This document shows positions 37,746 to 50,862 of a stretch of DNA of 64,000 bases, piece by piece. The notes beneath the pieces are model-generated. The model worked only from the letters and a program-made list of their open reading frames with translations, ran no database searches and had not been told where the DNA came from. The stretch is from Mobula hypostoma. Its lineage: Eukaryota. Location of the stretch: assembly GCF_963921235.1 (NCBI RefSeq), contig NC_086097.1, positions 204,106,001 to 204,170,000 on the forward strand, in the 5' to 3' direction. The position numbers and the translations under genes are program-made. How positions within the stretch are numbered: the stretch's first letter is position 1; each line of letters opens with the position of its first letter.

Positions 37746-39819
37746 GACGGGAGACTGGGGCTGACAGAAAAATGGATCAACCATGATGAAACTTGAGGGG
37801 CCAAATGGCCTAATTCTGCTTCTATGTCTTATAGTCTTACACCTATGCATGGGAAGATAATAAATGAATGTTGATTTTAATCAGCCTTGATTAAACTTCT
37901 AGGATGAGATCAGGGAAGGTAAAAAGTGTCCATCTCCTGTATTAATATGTAGTTAAGGACATATTTTTGTCACTGAAAGCACTGTTCAAGACATATTTAT
38001 TTTATCATTTATTAATCTGGGTGATTGTATATCCAGGGAGCCATATAATAATACTGTAACAAGCATTTTGCCTGTTGTTGAAAGGAGGGGGATGGTTCTG
38101 TAATGGACACAATCTGACTTTTCTCCCTTCTTGAATATGGTCACTATTAGAGCATCTCTGAGCTCTGAAAACAGTTGCTCCTTTTTCCAGACCTTCAGGA
38201 GCAGGGCGTGTATGTTGTGCTGTATTAAATTTTGTAAAAATATTAGATGAAAATCTGAATAATTCCAAGTGATACTTTATCTCTTTGTGAGCTTGCAGCA
38301 CAAAACATATCTGAAAACTTAAACACTGCAGGTTGGTTAACTGTTGGCTAACAGCGACAGGATTCTTTTTGGCCTCAGGCACTAATGGCATGAGAACAAA
38401 AGACCAAAGAATTTATCTATCTCTGTGTGTCTGTCAATGCTTGTGGATTGAACCCCTATTTACTGATGCACCTTTCATTTGGTTCTTGGGACTTCACCTA
38501 GACCAAGGAATCACAATCGATCGGTGCCTAGGACGGACCCAGGGTGATTTCATGAATCAGAATTTGGAGTTCCCCTGACAACAGCGACAATCAAGTCCCC
38601 CATGTCTTCTCTCACAGATCTCTGGAGGATTTGGTTAGTAACCTCTGATTCAGCAGTGCTGCTGTTGTGGTTAACAAGTTCTTGTAAGTGCTCGCTCCAT
38701 CGTTGTTGATATCCTCCCAATCATTTAGCAAGTTCTTCCTGTTGTTGGTCTGTCCAGCCTGTGGACCTTGGGCAGGAGGTAGAAGTGGGCTAGAAGCTCT
38801 CCCGAAAAATATGAGAGAATGGCCTGATGCTCAAGGTGAGGAGGTGTCTGAGAGATGTTGTTTAATCTCTATAATACAAGAGGTTACTGTGTACACTGGT
38901 TTTGTCAATAGTTTTGAGGACATTAGAGTTGGTTCTTAGAAGAGTGCTGTAGGTAGATTACAGTGAGTAGATGGGGTAGAAAAATCAAGATAATCAATGT
39001 CACATCAGCAGTTAATAATGAACAGATCTAAAGAGACTGGAGGTGTCCAGGAGGGAATTCTGCAGGTGGGATTGTCTCAAATCTAGAGTGTCCAGATTTT
39101 TATTGTTGCACCACAATTGGAGAACAGAGGTGCAGAGGGCCAGTAGTTTTAAATTGTTTGGTATCAACATATCAGAGAATCTGGTATATTGACATTTATA
39201 CCTGGGACCAGCAGTTAAGTGTCATCACGAAGAAGGCTCGACAGCTCCTCAACTTCCTTAAAATTGTGTATAGATTTGACAAACTTCCATAAATGAATAG
39301 TGGAGAGTATCCTAACTGGTTTCCTTACTGCCTGGTATGGGATCACCAATGCCCAGCAACGGACCAGGCGATAGTAAGTGGTAAATACAGCCCAATCCAT
39401 CATAGGCGAAGCCCTCCCCAACATTGAGTACCTTTACGTGGAGCACTGCAACCAGATTCAACCCTTCAACCATTAGGGTCCCGAACAGCCCAGGCTCACT
39501 CTCCACTACTAATATTACCATTTACAGCCTAACCTTCAAGAACTTATTACAACTCATATTCTCAGTATCATTTGCTTTATTTGCAGTTTGACATCTTTTG
39601 CACAATAGTTTTCTGTCCGTCTTTGTTTATGTATAGTTTTTTCATAAAAACATTGTTTCCCTTATTCCCTTGTAGAAGTTTGAAAGAAAATGAATCTCAA
39701 GGTAGTATACAGTAACATATACATACGTTGATAATAAATTTACTTTGCACTCTACACATTTCAAAGTCATAACTTGCCCTTAAATTCAATTACTCTGCAA
39801 TCAGCAGTTTATTACATTT

Positions 39820-40620
39820 TATGGATGTTAGCGAAGCTTCGTCCAGCGATTGCACGACGATTGCATCTTCCAATGGAGAGCCCCACCCCTCCCCTTCCTC
39901 TCCCCCCACCCCCCCATACTGAAGTAAAATCAGCTGACTTGCAGTGAGGATCGCTGTCACGCTGCGTTCTCGTTCCTGGTGTGAATGGCAATTTTCGCCG
40001 CGTCACAGGAACGGGTCTGATTATGCATTCATGCTGCCGCTGTTTCTTGTTCAATTCCTCTAGCAAGTTACGTGATTTGAGTGCTGAAAGGGCGGATAGG
40101 AAGTTGACTTGGCTGGTGACGGAACAACCTGTTCAGACTGTTTCACTCGCTGTTCCACTGCTGACTCAGACGGGGGACGCACTGCATGACTTGGCAGCGG
40201 TCCCGCATCCTGCTATTTCTGGTCTGAACTGGTTGGTTACGTGTGCTGGCTGGTTAAAACACTTGGTAGGATCAACGTGCCACACAGCACAGAGCCCAGT
40301 GCGACAGGGTCTGCCTCCCGTACGTACGAGCTCGGTCGCAGCTCGCTGCTCGATTCTGTGTCACATCCTGACTTTGTTGCCATCTTTTCGTATGTTTCGT
40401 AATTTTTCTTTGAGTTGTCAACCCAGTCTGTACATTTCAGTAGTTTTTTTTAAAAAAATACTCTGTTTAAAAATACTATTTTATATTTTCTTCCCAGGAG
40501 ATCCTCCAGCATCATGGCATCCGTTCCTTCAGCTGGCTGCTTGCTTGCAGCACGGAATCCTTATTCCAGAAGTAAGTTGACTTTTAAGTTACACCGCAAC
40601 CAACGTTGGGAATCAGCAAC
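39820..40620 (+). promoter_or_regulatory. CpG-rich promoter / 5' region of PPDPFL-like gene
   Basis: Local CpG enrichment against a CpG-poor background. GC box GGGCGG at 40090-40095. Lies immediately upstream of the ATG exon. Confidence 0.65.
40514..40571 (+). CDS. PPDPFL: PPDPFL-like coding exon 1 (MASVPSAGCLLAARNPYSR)
   Basis: Acceptor TTTTCTTCCCAG ends 40497; Kozak ATCATGG; donor A|GTAAGT. Peptide resembles the PPDPFL N-terminus (MASVPSxGCLLARN.YYR). Confidence 0.85.
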
Positions 40621-41459
40621 GTTTTGCTATACCTGGTTAACTTTTTCATCGATATTGTTCTAAACTTGGAGCCCCGGGAGACTGCAGATGCTGAAATCCG
40701 GAGCAGCGAACAATTTGCTTGAGGAACTCAGTGGGTCGAGTGGATACGTTGTTAACGTATCGGGTCGAAACCGTGCTTCAGGATTATTCTCACAGATGTT
40801 GCGCGAGTCAACTGAGTTCCTTTAGCAGATTGTTCTGGAAAGCTTGGATGAATTTGCTTCATGGCTGTCTAGTAATTGAATAGCTGAAAATATTAAGGGC
40901 ACATTTCATTTCAACCTGTTACCTAACTAACTAACTTACGTGCAGTTCGAAACGCTACAAATATATCGTAGCAATGGAATTTCGATTTAATTTTAACCTC
41001 TACATGTTTTGAGAAGTTTTAAATTGTAAATCAGTTTATTTTCACCTTTCAGCAAAAGTAGCATTGTTTTGGAATAACAAAACGTCTTATGTCATAGAGT
41101 TTACAAAAAATTATGCCAAACTTACAGAAAATCACAAATTATGTTGTTCTGCAACGTTTCTCTTGTATATGAGTTACATTATTAATCAAGATTTACAGGC
41201 ATAAGATTTGGGTTGGCAAAAGGTGGTGAAGCTGAAGAGCACAAAATATAGTGTCCTTTTTGGTTACAAAGCTTCATTCTACGTTCCATAAATTAGGGAT
41301 CTGTTGTCAGCATAATAACGGCATGTGCATTTTACTTTTATTTCCCTCTTTTTATTAAAGTGTCAAAATTCAAAGTTTCTGCCCATGTTTGAGCATTTCC
41401 AGCTAGTGTTTGTAAATACTCACTTCAGGGCATTGCCACATCTTGCATCAGAAGTTGTG

Positions 41460-42840
41460 TAACAGAGTCATAGTTATACAATCTGTCTGGTCCATGCTGA
41501 CCAACTAACTGATCTAGTCCCATTGGCTTGTGTTTGGCCCATATTTCTCTGAAGGTGCTTCCCCCCCCCCCCCCGCCCCAGGTACCAGTCTAAATGTCTT
41601 TAAAACATTCTAATCACACTTGCCTCTACCACTGCTCTGGCAGCTCATTTCAAATACCCACCTCTTCAGGGTGCAAACTGTTTCTCTCCAGGTCACCTTT
41701 AAATTTATTGAGATACAGTGCGGAACAGGCCCTACCAGCCCTTGGAGCCACACTGCCCAGCATCCTGTGATTTAACCATGTTCTAATCACAGGACTGTTT
41801 ACACTGACCAATTAACAGTATGTCTTTGGACTGTGGGAGGAAACCAGAGCAGCTGGAGAAAACCATGTGGTTACTGGGAGAGCGTACAAACTCCTTACAG
41901 ACAGCAGTGGGCCCCCACTTACGCCCTCCAGTTTTAGACTCTTCTACTCTGGGAAAGTAGCTGTGACCATTCCCAGTTTTATTATTTCTGCACTTTTTGA
42001 GGACTTTTAAATTGCAAAATGTCCCTCATGATTTTGTATATCTTCTTAAGGTCACCCTTGGCACCCACATGTCAGGGAAAACAGCCCCAACTTATCCAGT
42101 GACTCCTTATAACTCAAGCTCTCCAGTCCTCGTAGCATCCTCATGAATTTTTTCAGACCCCACCGCTTTCCAGTTTAATAATATCTTTTCTATTGATAAG
42201 TGACTAGAACTGCGCACAGAACTCCAAGTGCAGGTTCGCCAATGTTATAACATGATGTCTCAACATTTGAACCTGACAAATGCCTTCTCCGTCAACCTAT
42301 CTATATGTGACACCACTATCATGAAGCTCCTATCTCTTGTACCCCTCAATTTACCTGCTGTGTGATATTTCAGGCCCAGATATTTATTACTTAATTTGCC
42401 ACAATGCACACTTTGTTGTTTTAGTTAAATTTCATCTGCTTTCCTTGGACCAGTCCCGTGGTTGATCTACATCCTGAAGTAATCTTAGATGTCATTCAAC
42501 TATGCCTAGTTTCAACTGCAAAAGTAGTAACCATGCCTCATAGATTCTCATCCAAATTGTTACTATGAATATAGACAACAGTGGATCCAGCACACCACTG
42601 GTCACAGGGTTTCAATCTGAAAAACAACTCTTTACTACCACCCTCTGACTCCTTCCATGAAGCCAGTTTTGTTTCTGATTAGCTAATACACCCTGGATCC
42701 CAGGTAAACTAACTTTTCAGACTACCAAGTGGCACCTTGCTGAAATCCGTGTGGACAACATCTGCTGCCCTGCCCTTGCAAAACTTGTGTTCACTTCTTG
42801 GAAAAACCCATTAAACCCTTGAGACATGGTTTCCCATACA
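41460..42840 (-). mobile_element. Decayed CR1 fragments with inserted V-SINE, intronic
   Basis: CR1 3' and RT motifs on the minus strand; SINE at ~41710-41920. Confidence 0.6.
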
Positions 42841-42892
42841 CAGCCAAGGGAAAGTTCAAGTTCTACCTTGTAATATTTTTATCTTTTTCCAG

Positions 42893-42976
42893 ACCGACTA
42901 AATTCCACAATGGGTGTGTTGCCAAGTGGGCCATGCAGTTTAGAGAATGCCATAGAGCATGACAAAACCCATCAAG
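42893..42976 (+). CDS. PPDPFL: PPDPFL-like coding exon 2 (NRLNSTMGVLPSGPCSLENAIEHDKTHQG)
   Basis: TCTTTTTCCAG acceptor and AG|GTAAC donor; 84 nt, phase 1-1 and in frame. Ends DKxxQG as in PPDPFL. Confidence 0.8.
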
Positions 42977-43064
42977 GTAACAACAATAGGTGTTAAACAC
43001 TAAATAGTGACCAGCTCCTTCTCCGGGTATCCAACTTGTAATTTCTTTTTCTTGCTACGTTCAG

Positions 43065-43158
43065 GTCTGCTTGCACTGGAGAAGTGTTGGTGGCTAAAGA
43101 ACTTTCTGCATAGTGACAACACTCAGCACCCAATGAATGCTGAACTACCTGCCAGAAG
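43065..43158 (+). CDS. PPDPFL: PPDPFL-like coding exon 3 (GLLALEKCWWLKNFLHSDNTQHPMNAELPAR)
   Basis: 88-nt intron with polypyrimidine tract and CAG. Family-diagnostic WWxKxF(F/L)HS motif. AG|GTAAAA donor. Confidence 0.85.
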
Positions 43159-43653
43159 GTAAAAAAAAAACCTTCATTAATTACATCAGGTGTCTGAGCG
43201 AAGTTTGTTTTTAATATTACTGAAAAAGGTCAAAACTAAGATTGAGATGTATGAGTGGCTATTTGTTGCTATAGTAAGTTATAATTGTAGGAGAAATTAA
43301 TGGCTGAGATATTCCCCTGATGAACTTTATAAAATTGATGTAATCAGCAAAGATGGATGAATAAGCGTTCCTAACTTTTGTGAAATTTTCAGAAATCCCA
43401 GCATTTTATAGTACTTCTTGTGATCACTATACCAATTATGGGAAAGACATGAGGAAACAGACTTTTAATAATATAGTACCTTTCCCATCCCTTTCACATT
43501 GTCCTAAAACTCTCTTCAAAAATAGTTAAACCCTGTTCGGACATCCTGAAAGGGATTTAAATGATGTTCCATCACTATAGGTAAACACAAGAGATTCCGC
43601 AGATGCCAAAAATATTTATCAATGCACACAACATGTAGCAAGTCAGACAGCAT

Positions 43654-44208
43654 GTGAGGCCCTCCGCTAGTCGGGGTTGACCGCTAGTTGTTGAACGCTA
43701 GTTGTCTACATGATAGGCAAGCCGGGGCAGGATGATATGGAGAGTAAACTGTAGATTTTGCAGCAGGCTCCCTCTCTCTATGCAGCTGATGAATCCAAAG
43801 GAATGGCAGAGATCAAAACATTTTGGCATCAGCGGCATCGCAGGAGCTGCCAATCAATGTTGAACTCAATGTAAGACTACCTCAGAGACCCCAGTTCCAG
43901 GTTTTCTCACAAAGTCTTCCCCATGAGGCAGTGAAGGTTTGAGCTCAGAGCTTTCCGACTCCTAGATGAGCTGCCAGCCATGGCTGACGAGTCCCATCTG
44001 CCCAAAGCAATTGGTTTTAAGGAGCCAGTAACCTGCCTTTGCCTATATGTAGAAATGGTTCTGCTGGGCTTAGTAGCTAGGCTACATATGAAGGTTAGGA
44101 GCTGGACTTGGCTGTCGAGGCTATCTGAGGTGCACACCATTGGAAGCATTTAATAGGTAGTGGGAGCTTATCCCCACTACACGCCCTGGCTACGACAACC
44201 TTAAGGAA
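43654..44208. mobile_element. Unclassified ~555-bp non-coding retroposon inserted in a Penelope-terminal repeat
   Basis: 10-bp TSD CAGACAGCAT / CAGGCAGCAT (43644-43653 / 44209-44218). Confidence 0.6.
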
Positions 44209-46599
44209 CAGGCAGCATCTATGGAGCGGAGGAAAACACTTGATATTTTTGACTGAGACCCTTGATTATGACTGGAAAGGAAGGGGGTAGAAACCATAAT
44301 AAGAAACTGTGAGGAAAAGGTGGAAAAGATAAAGGGCTGAACAAGAAGGAATCTAAAAGGAGAGGATAGTAGACCATGGAAGAAAGTGAAGGAGGAGCAG
44401 AACTAGAGGGAAGTAATAGGCAGATGAGAAGGAAAAGGGGGAGAGGGTAACCAGAATGAGGAATGGAAAACAAGAGAAGGAGGGAGGGAATAATAATTAC
44501 CATAAGCTGGATAGAAGATGTTTACACCATCAAATGGGAGGCTACCCAGGCCTTGCTCCTGTAACCTGAGTTTGGCATCACGGCAGTAGAGGAGGCCCTT
44601 CAGCAGGTCTCCTCCATCAGCAGTCAGCTTGTACTCCTTCCCCTCCCTTCCCCCCACCATATTCTAGCTTCTGTCCCCTTCCTTTTCAGTCCTGAAAAGG
44701 TGTCATGGTAGTGTAGCAGTTAGCATGATACTATTACAGTTTGGAGTTCGGAGTTCAATTCTGGTATTGTCATGTAAGGAGTTTTTTATGTTCTTTCCGT
44801 GACTGTGTGGGTCTCCTCCCACAGTGCAATTGCCCTGTGATTAGGCTCGTATTAAACAGGTGGTTTGCTGGGCGGTGCAGCTCATTGGGGTGGAAGGGTC
44901 TGTCCTAACACTGTATCTCTAAATAATATAAAATCAGTGGTGAGTGGTCTCAGCCTGAAACTTGTACTGTTTATTCCCGTCTATAGATGCTGCCTGACTT
45001 TGACTTCCCCCGACATTTTATAGGTGCGGTTTCTGCTGTTAGAAACCTGTCATTTAATTTTTGTAAACTAAATCAAGAAGTACTGTAGCTACTAACACCT
45101 TCCCTGATCAGATGAAGGTATCAATGTCCCCAATTAACATGAACATACATCCATTCTCTTCCCTTACATAGTTGTCATTGTACAAAGTCAGAATGGACCT
45201 CAATAATCAGTAATTGGTTCCAATGGTATTACCATATCAGTTGAATTTAAATCTTAACAGATTTTATTTCCTGACATCTGATTCTCATTTAATTAATATC
45301 TGCTATCCATAATTTCATAAGTTGAGAAAAATGCTTAACATTATGGCCCCACATGTAGGTGGCACAGTAGAATACCAAGTAATGTCCATAAACACAAGAA
45401 ATAATGTAGGTACTGGAAATCTTGAACAACACCCATAAAATGCGGGTGGAACACAGCAACTCAGGTGGTAACTATGGAGGGGGATAAACAGATGAAGCTT
45501 CAAGATGAGACCCTTCATCGGGACTAGAAAGGAAGGAGGTAGATGCCAGAATAAGAAGGTAGAGGGAGGGGAAGGAGTAGCAGCTGGCAGGTGATGGGTG
45601 GAAGAGGTAAAGGGCTCTTGACAAGGAATTTAATAGGAGAGGCAGGTGTAACCATGGAAGAAAGGGACTCAGTAGGAGGTGATGGGCAGGTAAAGAAATA
45701 TAAGATCCACAAAGGTCTGCGCATTGTCAATGTGTTTATTTCAGAAGGATACTGATGTTTGAATACCAAGGATGAAGTGGTATTGTTGTAGAAGATCAGT
45801 CAGGATCTGTTGAATGTGAATTAGATTTAAATTCTGTATTTTTTGCAGAGAATGTAAGTGTAATCCTCTCCAGCATAATCCTTGTATGTCATTCTGATGA
45901 GGATTTTGTGTAATTACAGAATATTCTTATTGTAAAATTCTTTAAAAATGTTACACTAAGTTGCAAGAGCTGTTAAGATGAGTAGTGTGCTAGGACACAA
46001 TTATTGAGCGATAAACAAACATTAATCTTTTGGTCGGTATTCCTTCAGGTATATATTTCCAAATATATTGGATTTGAAAGAAATAAGCTTATTTTTTTGA
46101 AATGTGTTTATTTCAGTATCTACTTCAATCTCCCATTACATTTCAATCTCTGTTTTATGATCTGTAGTATATTTAAAGTGTTAGCTATAGATTGCCCAAA
46201 AATTACTGTGTAATTTTTCTTTGTGTATTCTTCAATATGATTCAGGTACTCAGGTAGTTTGACATTGATGTTGTCATATTTAGGAGTCCTTTTAAATTGA
46301 CACTTGATTACAACCATTTCAATTAGGAAAGACTTGTTGGTGTCATAGCGACTGCTAGATTTTTATTGGAAGCTTTCTTGAGGTTACCAGTGAATGCAGC
46401 TAACTGTACAATCAAGCCCGGGTACATAAATATGGAGAGATGCCAAGAAAATCCACCCCATATAGTTCTTATTCTCTGAATCTTTCATCACGATTGTACT
46501 AGAGAGTGCAGCCAGTAGATTAATAGTTCTTGTGGAATTATTCTATTATACTTAATGGAATGATTTAACTTATTAAAACATGTTTTCTCTTTCTGATAG

Positions 46600-46609
46600 T
46601 CATCATTGA
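46600..46609 (+). CDS. PPDPFL: Candidate terminal coding exon (S-H-H-stop) followed by 3' UTR with AATAAA at ~46971
   Basis: TTTAAC branch-like site, TGTTTTCTCTTTCTGATAG acceptor, phase compatible, gives an 81-aa product. Other acceptors (~45850, ~46116) are possible. Confidence 0.4.
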
Positions 46610-48389
46610 TCAAGAATGAAAATTGGACACTTGCCTTTGGTGGATTAAGTTTAGTCTACAATACTTCGTAGCATTTTGCTCCTGGCTCAGGGAATTGGTT
46701 GGAGATGACATTGTTCCAGCTTCAATCTGTCATGAAGCAAGTGGCAGGCACTTCAAGAAGCATGTAGGGTTTCCATCAGCAGCTTTACCATTTAGTCATT
46801 CTTCAGCTGCTCAAAATGATTGATATGGAGCACCTTGAGACTTGCAAAACATTAAATATTTGGATCTAGGAAGAGCAATGGAAGCTAATTTGGAAAAAGT
46901 AATATGTGGTGTTTTCTGTATTTGTCTCAACACTGGATAATTTTATAGTACGGAAACAAATGTTGACCTGAATAAAACACTAGATAGTGTGTGTATCTCT
47001 CTCTCTAACAATGTGTTGACAGCACATTGCACATCACGTGCACTGGGTGTTGCAGTTCACACCTTGTATGTTAAATAATGTTCATACCGTTTGTACATTG
47101 AATATTACGTCTGATCTTGAGTTTCCCAGTAAGTGGTGTTCCTATCATGTATAAGAAAAGCCTTTAGTATGAATAAGAGAACATAATTACATTATTTTTA
47201 TAACATTTGTTGCTGATGTGTTACAATTTTTTCTGTTAATTGTAATGTGTAAAATTCTGTTTTGTATGTGGATTTTCTTATTGGGAGTAATTTCAACCTC
47301 TAAAAATGCTTACAGTCTTGCATTGATGCAATAGATTTAAAAATTCAGCAGTTAATAGTTACAGCATGGTTTACCTTTTTTATGATTGTACTCCCACTTG
47401 TATTTCAGTTGTCCATTGAGAGTAAATTTTCTGTTTTGGAAACAAGAAAATATGATTGTTATAGTCAATGAAAGAAAAGCCTGCCACTGTTGAATAATGC
47501 TGGTTCATGACTTCTGGACCAAGAGTACCAAATCATGTAATCAGCCTACACACAAGAGGTTTTGCAGATGCTGAAGATCCAGAGTAACACACACACAAAA
47601 TGTTGGAGGAACTTGGCAGGCCAGGCAGCATCGATGGAGAGGAATAAATAGTTGACATTTTGGGCTGATATCCAGTCTTAGTGAAAGGTCTTGTCCCAAA
47701 ACATCAACTGTATTCCTCTCCATAAATGCTGCCTGACTTGTTGAGTTCCTCCAACATTTTGCATGTATTACTAAGTAATTTACCTCATGGTGGGTTCCTC
47801 AACTGTGCAATTATTTCAGTGTTTTCTGTCTTTTATTAATAAAATGAACTTGTGCAAACCTGTTTTGCTGTGAGATGTCTTATTTCTACCTATATGAGGA
47901 GAGTTGAAAAGCCCATCAGTACTTGTGCAGTGGCCATTTTTGATTGTCCTTATTTTGAAATGTACGTAACTTGTGGTTCTGATCCAAAGTTCTGCTATGT
48001 GACCATATGATAGAAACGTAGGTTTTTGTATTGTCAGATTTACATTTGTCCTTTTCTTGCCATAGGCTTACTTTTTCCACGTTTCACTCCCCACAACCAT
48101 ACTGTTTGTAAAGTATTAATAAATTGCACAGGGCAAAACTCTAAAACAAAAGAACAGAATACATTGGAAATATTCAGCGGGTTAGGAAGTGATTCTGAGG
48201 GAAGAGAGGTCAGTGATCTTTTATGAGACTGGAAAGTTAGAATATGAGAATATTGTAAGTTGCAGAGGAGGGAAAAGGCAAGGAGAACAAAGGCAGTCCT
48301 GACGAAGGGTTCCGACCCAAAACATCGACCGATCTTTTCCACGGATGCTGCCTGACCTGCTGAGTTCCTCCAGCCTGTTATGAGTGTTG

Positions 48390-48858
48390 CAAAGGAAGCA
48401 TTGGAAAGGGTACAGAGGAGATTTACCAGGATGCTGACTGGTTTTGAGAGTATGCATTATGATCAGAGATTTAGGGCTTTACCCTTTGGAGAGAAGGAGG
48501 ATGAGAGGAGACATGATAGAGGTGTACAAGATAATAAGAGGACTAGATAGAGTGGATAGCCAGCGCCTCTTCCCCAGGGCACCACTGCTCAATACAAGAG
48601 GGCATGGCTTTAAGGTAAGGGGTGGGAAGTTCAAGGGGGATATAGAGGAAGGTCTTTTACTCAGAGAGTGGTTGGTGCATGGAATGCACTGCCTGAGTCA
48701 GTGGTTGAGGCAGATACACTAGTGAAGTTTAAGAGACTACTAGACAGGTATATGGAGGAATTTAATGTGGGGGGTTATATGGGATGCAGGGTTTAAGGGT
48801 CAGCAGAACATTGAGGGCTGAAGGGCCTGTACTGTGCTGCACTATTCTATGTTCTATG
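48390..48858 (+). mobile_element. CR1 3' end
   Basis: LERRRMRGDMIEVYKII..TRGHGFKV; (TTCTATG)n tail. Confidence 0.88.
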
Positions 48859-49177
48859 TGAAAAGTTTGTGATTGGGTGGAGGCCAAGGGAAATAGATGG
48901 TGATTGTGCCAGCAGGAGAGGGTTGTGAGCCATTTTAATTGTATGTGATCCTGCTTTTCTGGAGGACGTGTAAATAAAGAGAGATGAATGAAAGCTGTCT
49001 GTAAGAATCTGAAACAAGAGAATGCTGGATGTACCCGCGAGTCAGACAGTATTTTTGTAGAGAGAATTCAGCTAATATTGAGGTGTTGGTTTCACTGTTG
49101 AATGCTGAGACCTTTAACCTCCTTGGAGGGAAGATGAGATGCTGTTCTTTGAGTTTAGACAGGGTAAAGTCATAAAT

Positions 49178-49257
49178 CAGGGATTGCTACCCTGGGGTCT
49201 ATGGACCCCTCGGTGAATGTTAAGGCTCCATGGCATAAAAACGCTTGGGAACCCCTG
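49178..49257. mobile_element. Tiny hAT/Charlie-like MITE
   Basis: CAGGGATT... / ...GGGAACCCCTG ends with an internal GGGGTC..GACCCC hairpin. Confidence 0.5.
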
Positions 49258-50862
49258 CCATAGAAAAGGAAGTCAGGGTGAGAATGGGATGGAGAACTCA
49301 TTGACATTGTTTCAGTATTTACATTTGTGTGATCATATATCCGTGACTAAAGGTTCATTTTGGACAGAAGAATTGGGTAGATGAAACATTACTTTTCGAT
49401 GTTGTAGTTTCCTTTGAAGACTAATTCCACTAACATAAGTGGAATGAATTTTAAAAATGAAGCCATTATGCTGAAAGTACTATAAAGCACATTAAGAGCT
49501 TCCAAGAGTATTGCAGTTATTTATTTAGTTTTGTGTTTATTTGTTGGCTAGTTGTGCACTTCTGGAAGAATAATGATTTGGATTACCTAGCAATCATATT
49601 CAAAATACAAAAGAAATCATATATGTAGCTCTTTTAAGATTACAAAAGACACAAAATTTCTCAGGAAGCTTACTGAAACAAACCTGATGGCCATCTACAT
49701 GGGATATCAGGTAATCGAGAAGTTGGACAGAGAATTATGACCGAGGTTTGGGTGCAAAGGCAGATAACTGATGTAATGTGGTAAATTGGAGTACACAAAT
49801 GTCAAACTAAAGCAATAAACAAAATGTAAGCTAAAGAGAAAAATGATTCTGTCAAATGTTACATCGGGGAAATGAAAGTTGGTTGGAATAAAAGGTGACA
49901 AATATTTAAAAAATGATCAGAAGGGCTAACAAACCTTGAAAGAGCACAGCTACAGATGGAAAATGTTTGATATTACCACAGAATCGCAGACAGGTACAGC
50001 AGGCACTACAACAGATAGATAGTTACAACAGATTCACAGACAATTACAGCAGGTTAAAAATGGCCACAGCAAGTTACACAGACTGAAAAAAACTTTAAAT
50101 TATGAATTCTAAGATCTTGTAAAAACAATATAGGGAGAGGCCTCCTCTTGAAAGAGTACAAAGGAGATGCAAATCCAAGATGTACTTAAGGGCTCAGAGC
50201 AAGAAGGCTCTCATGATTAGATGACATTAGCCCAAGGTGGTGAGGCACAATCATAAGCAACTGTGAATAGGTCATTAGAACTTGAGCAGTTTGTTAGGTA
50301 ATGATTGAATCTCAAAAACATTGCTCTAACATTACCGGTTGAGCAACTAACTAGACTAAGATGAGGTACTGACTGAAAAGCCTCCCAGATCTTATCACTT
50401 CTGATTTTAATAGATGCTATTTGCACATGTGGTTTAAGATTATAACAAGTGACTACTTAGATTTTCTGAATGCCCTTTGTAAATAGAGCATCTTGGTCTG
50501 ACAGTACAATAAATGTTTTAAAAACACAACGAACATAAAGAAAGACAGATACTGATTATATTAGTTTTTTCCCTTTACAGATTTTAATGGATAAATTTCT
50601 GAAAGCGAAACACTGCTTGAATTTATATAGTGACACTAACATGAGAGAACAACCAAAGGTGTTTGCAGAAATATGATCAAGTCATACATTACATTCTACT
50701 ACAAAAAATACTGGGACAGATGATCAACAGCATGGTCTTGAATATGGAACTTTTAAAAGTGGAAACAATTTGAGAAGCAGAGAGACTTCAGCAAATATAT
50801 CCAATCTAGGGTCCTCAAGAGCTGAGGGTATGTGCTACTGGGAGAATAATTTATTATTCTCA

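Noticed and set aside
38560..39100. Possible host exon on the minus strand (RWSEHLQELVN)
   Set aside because: Resembles the RWxEHFxxLLN linker motif of RTE-type LINEs and is surrounded by stops; too degraded to annotate.
39981..40580. 199-aa ORF over the CpG-rich region
   Set aside because: Non-ATG start and no recognisable domain. It overlaps the PPDPFL exon in another frame and reads through a splice acceptor.
45840..46213. Alternative last exons for PPDPFL at acceptors ~45850, ~46049 and ~46116
   Set aside because: Not supported by homology. The 46600 acceptor has a better polypyrimidine tract and a downstream polyA signal, but the choice is unresolved without transcripts.
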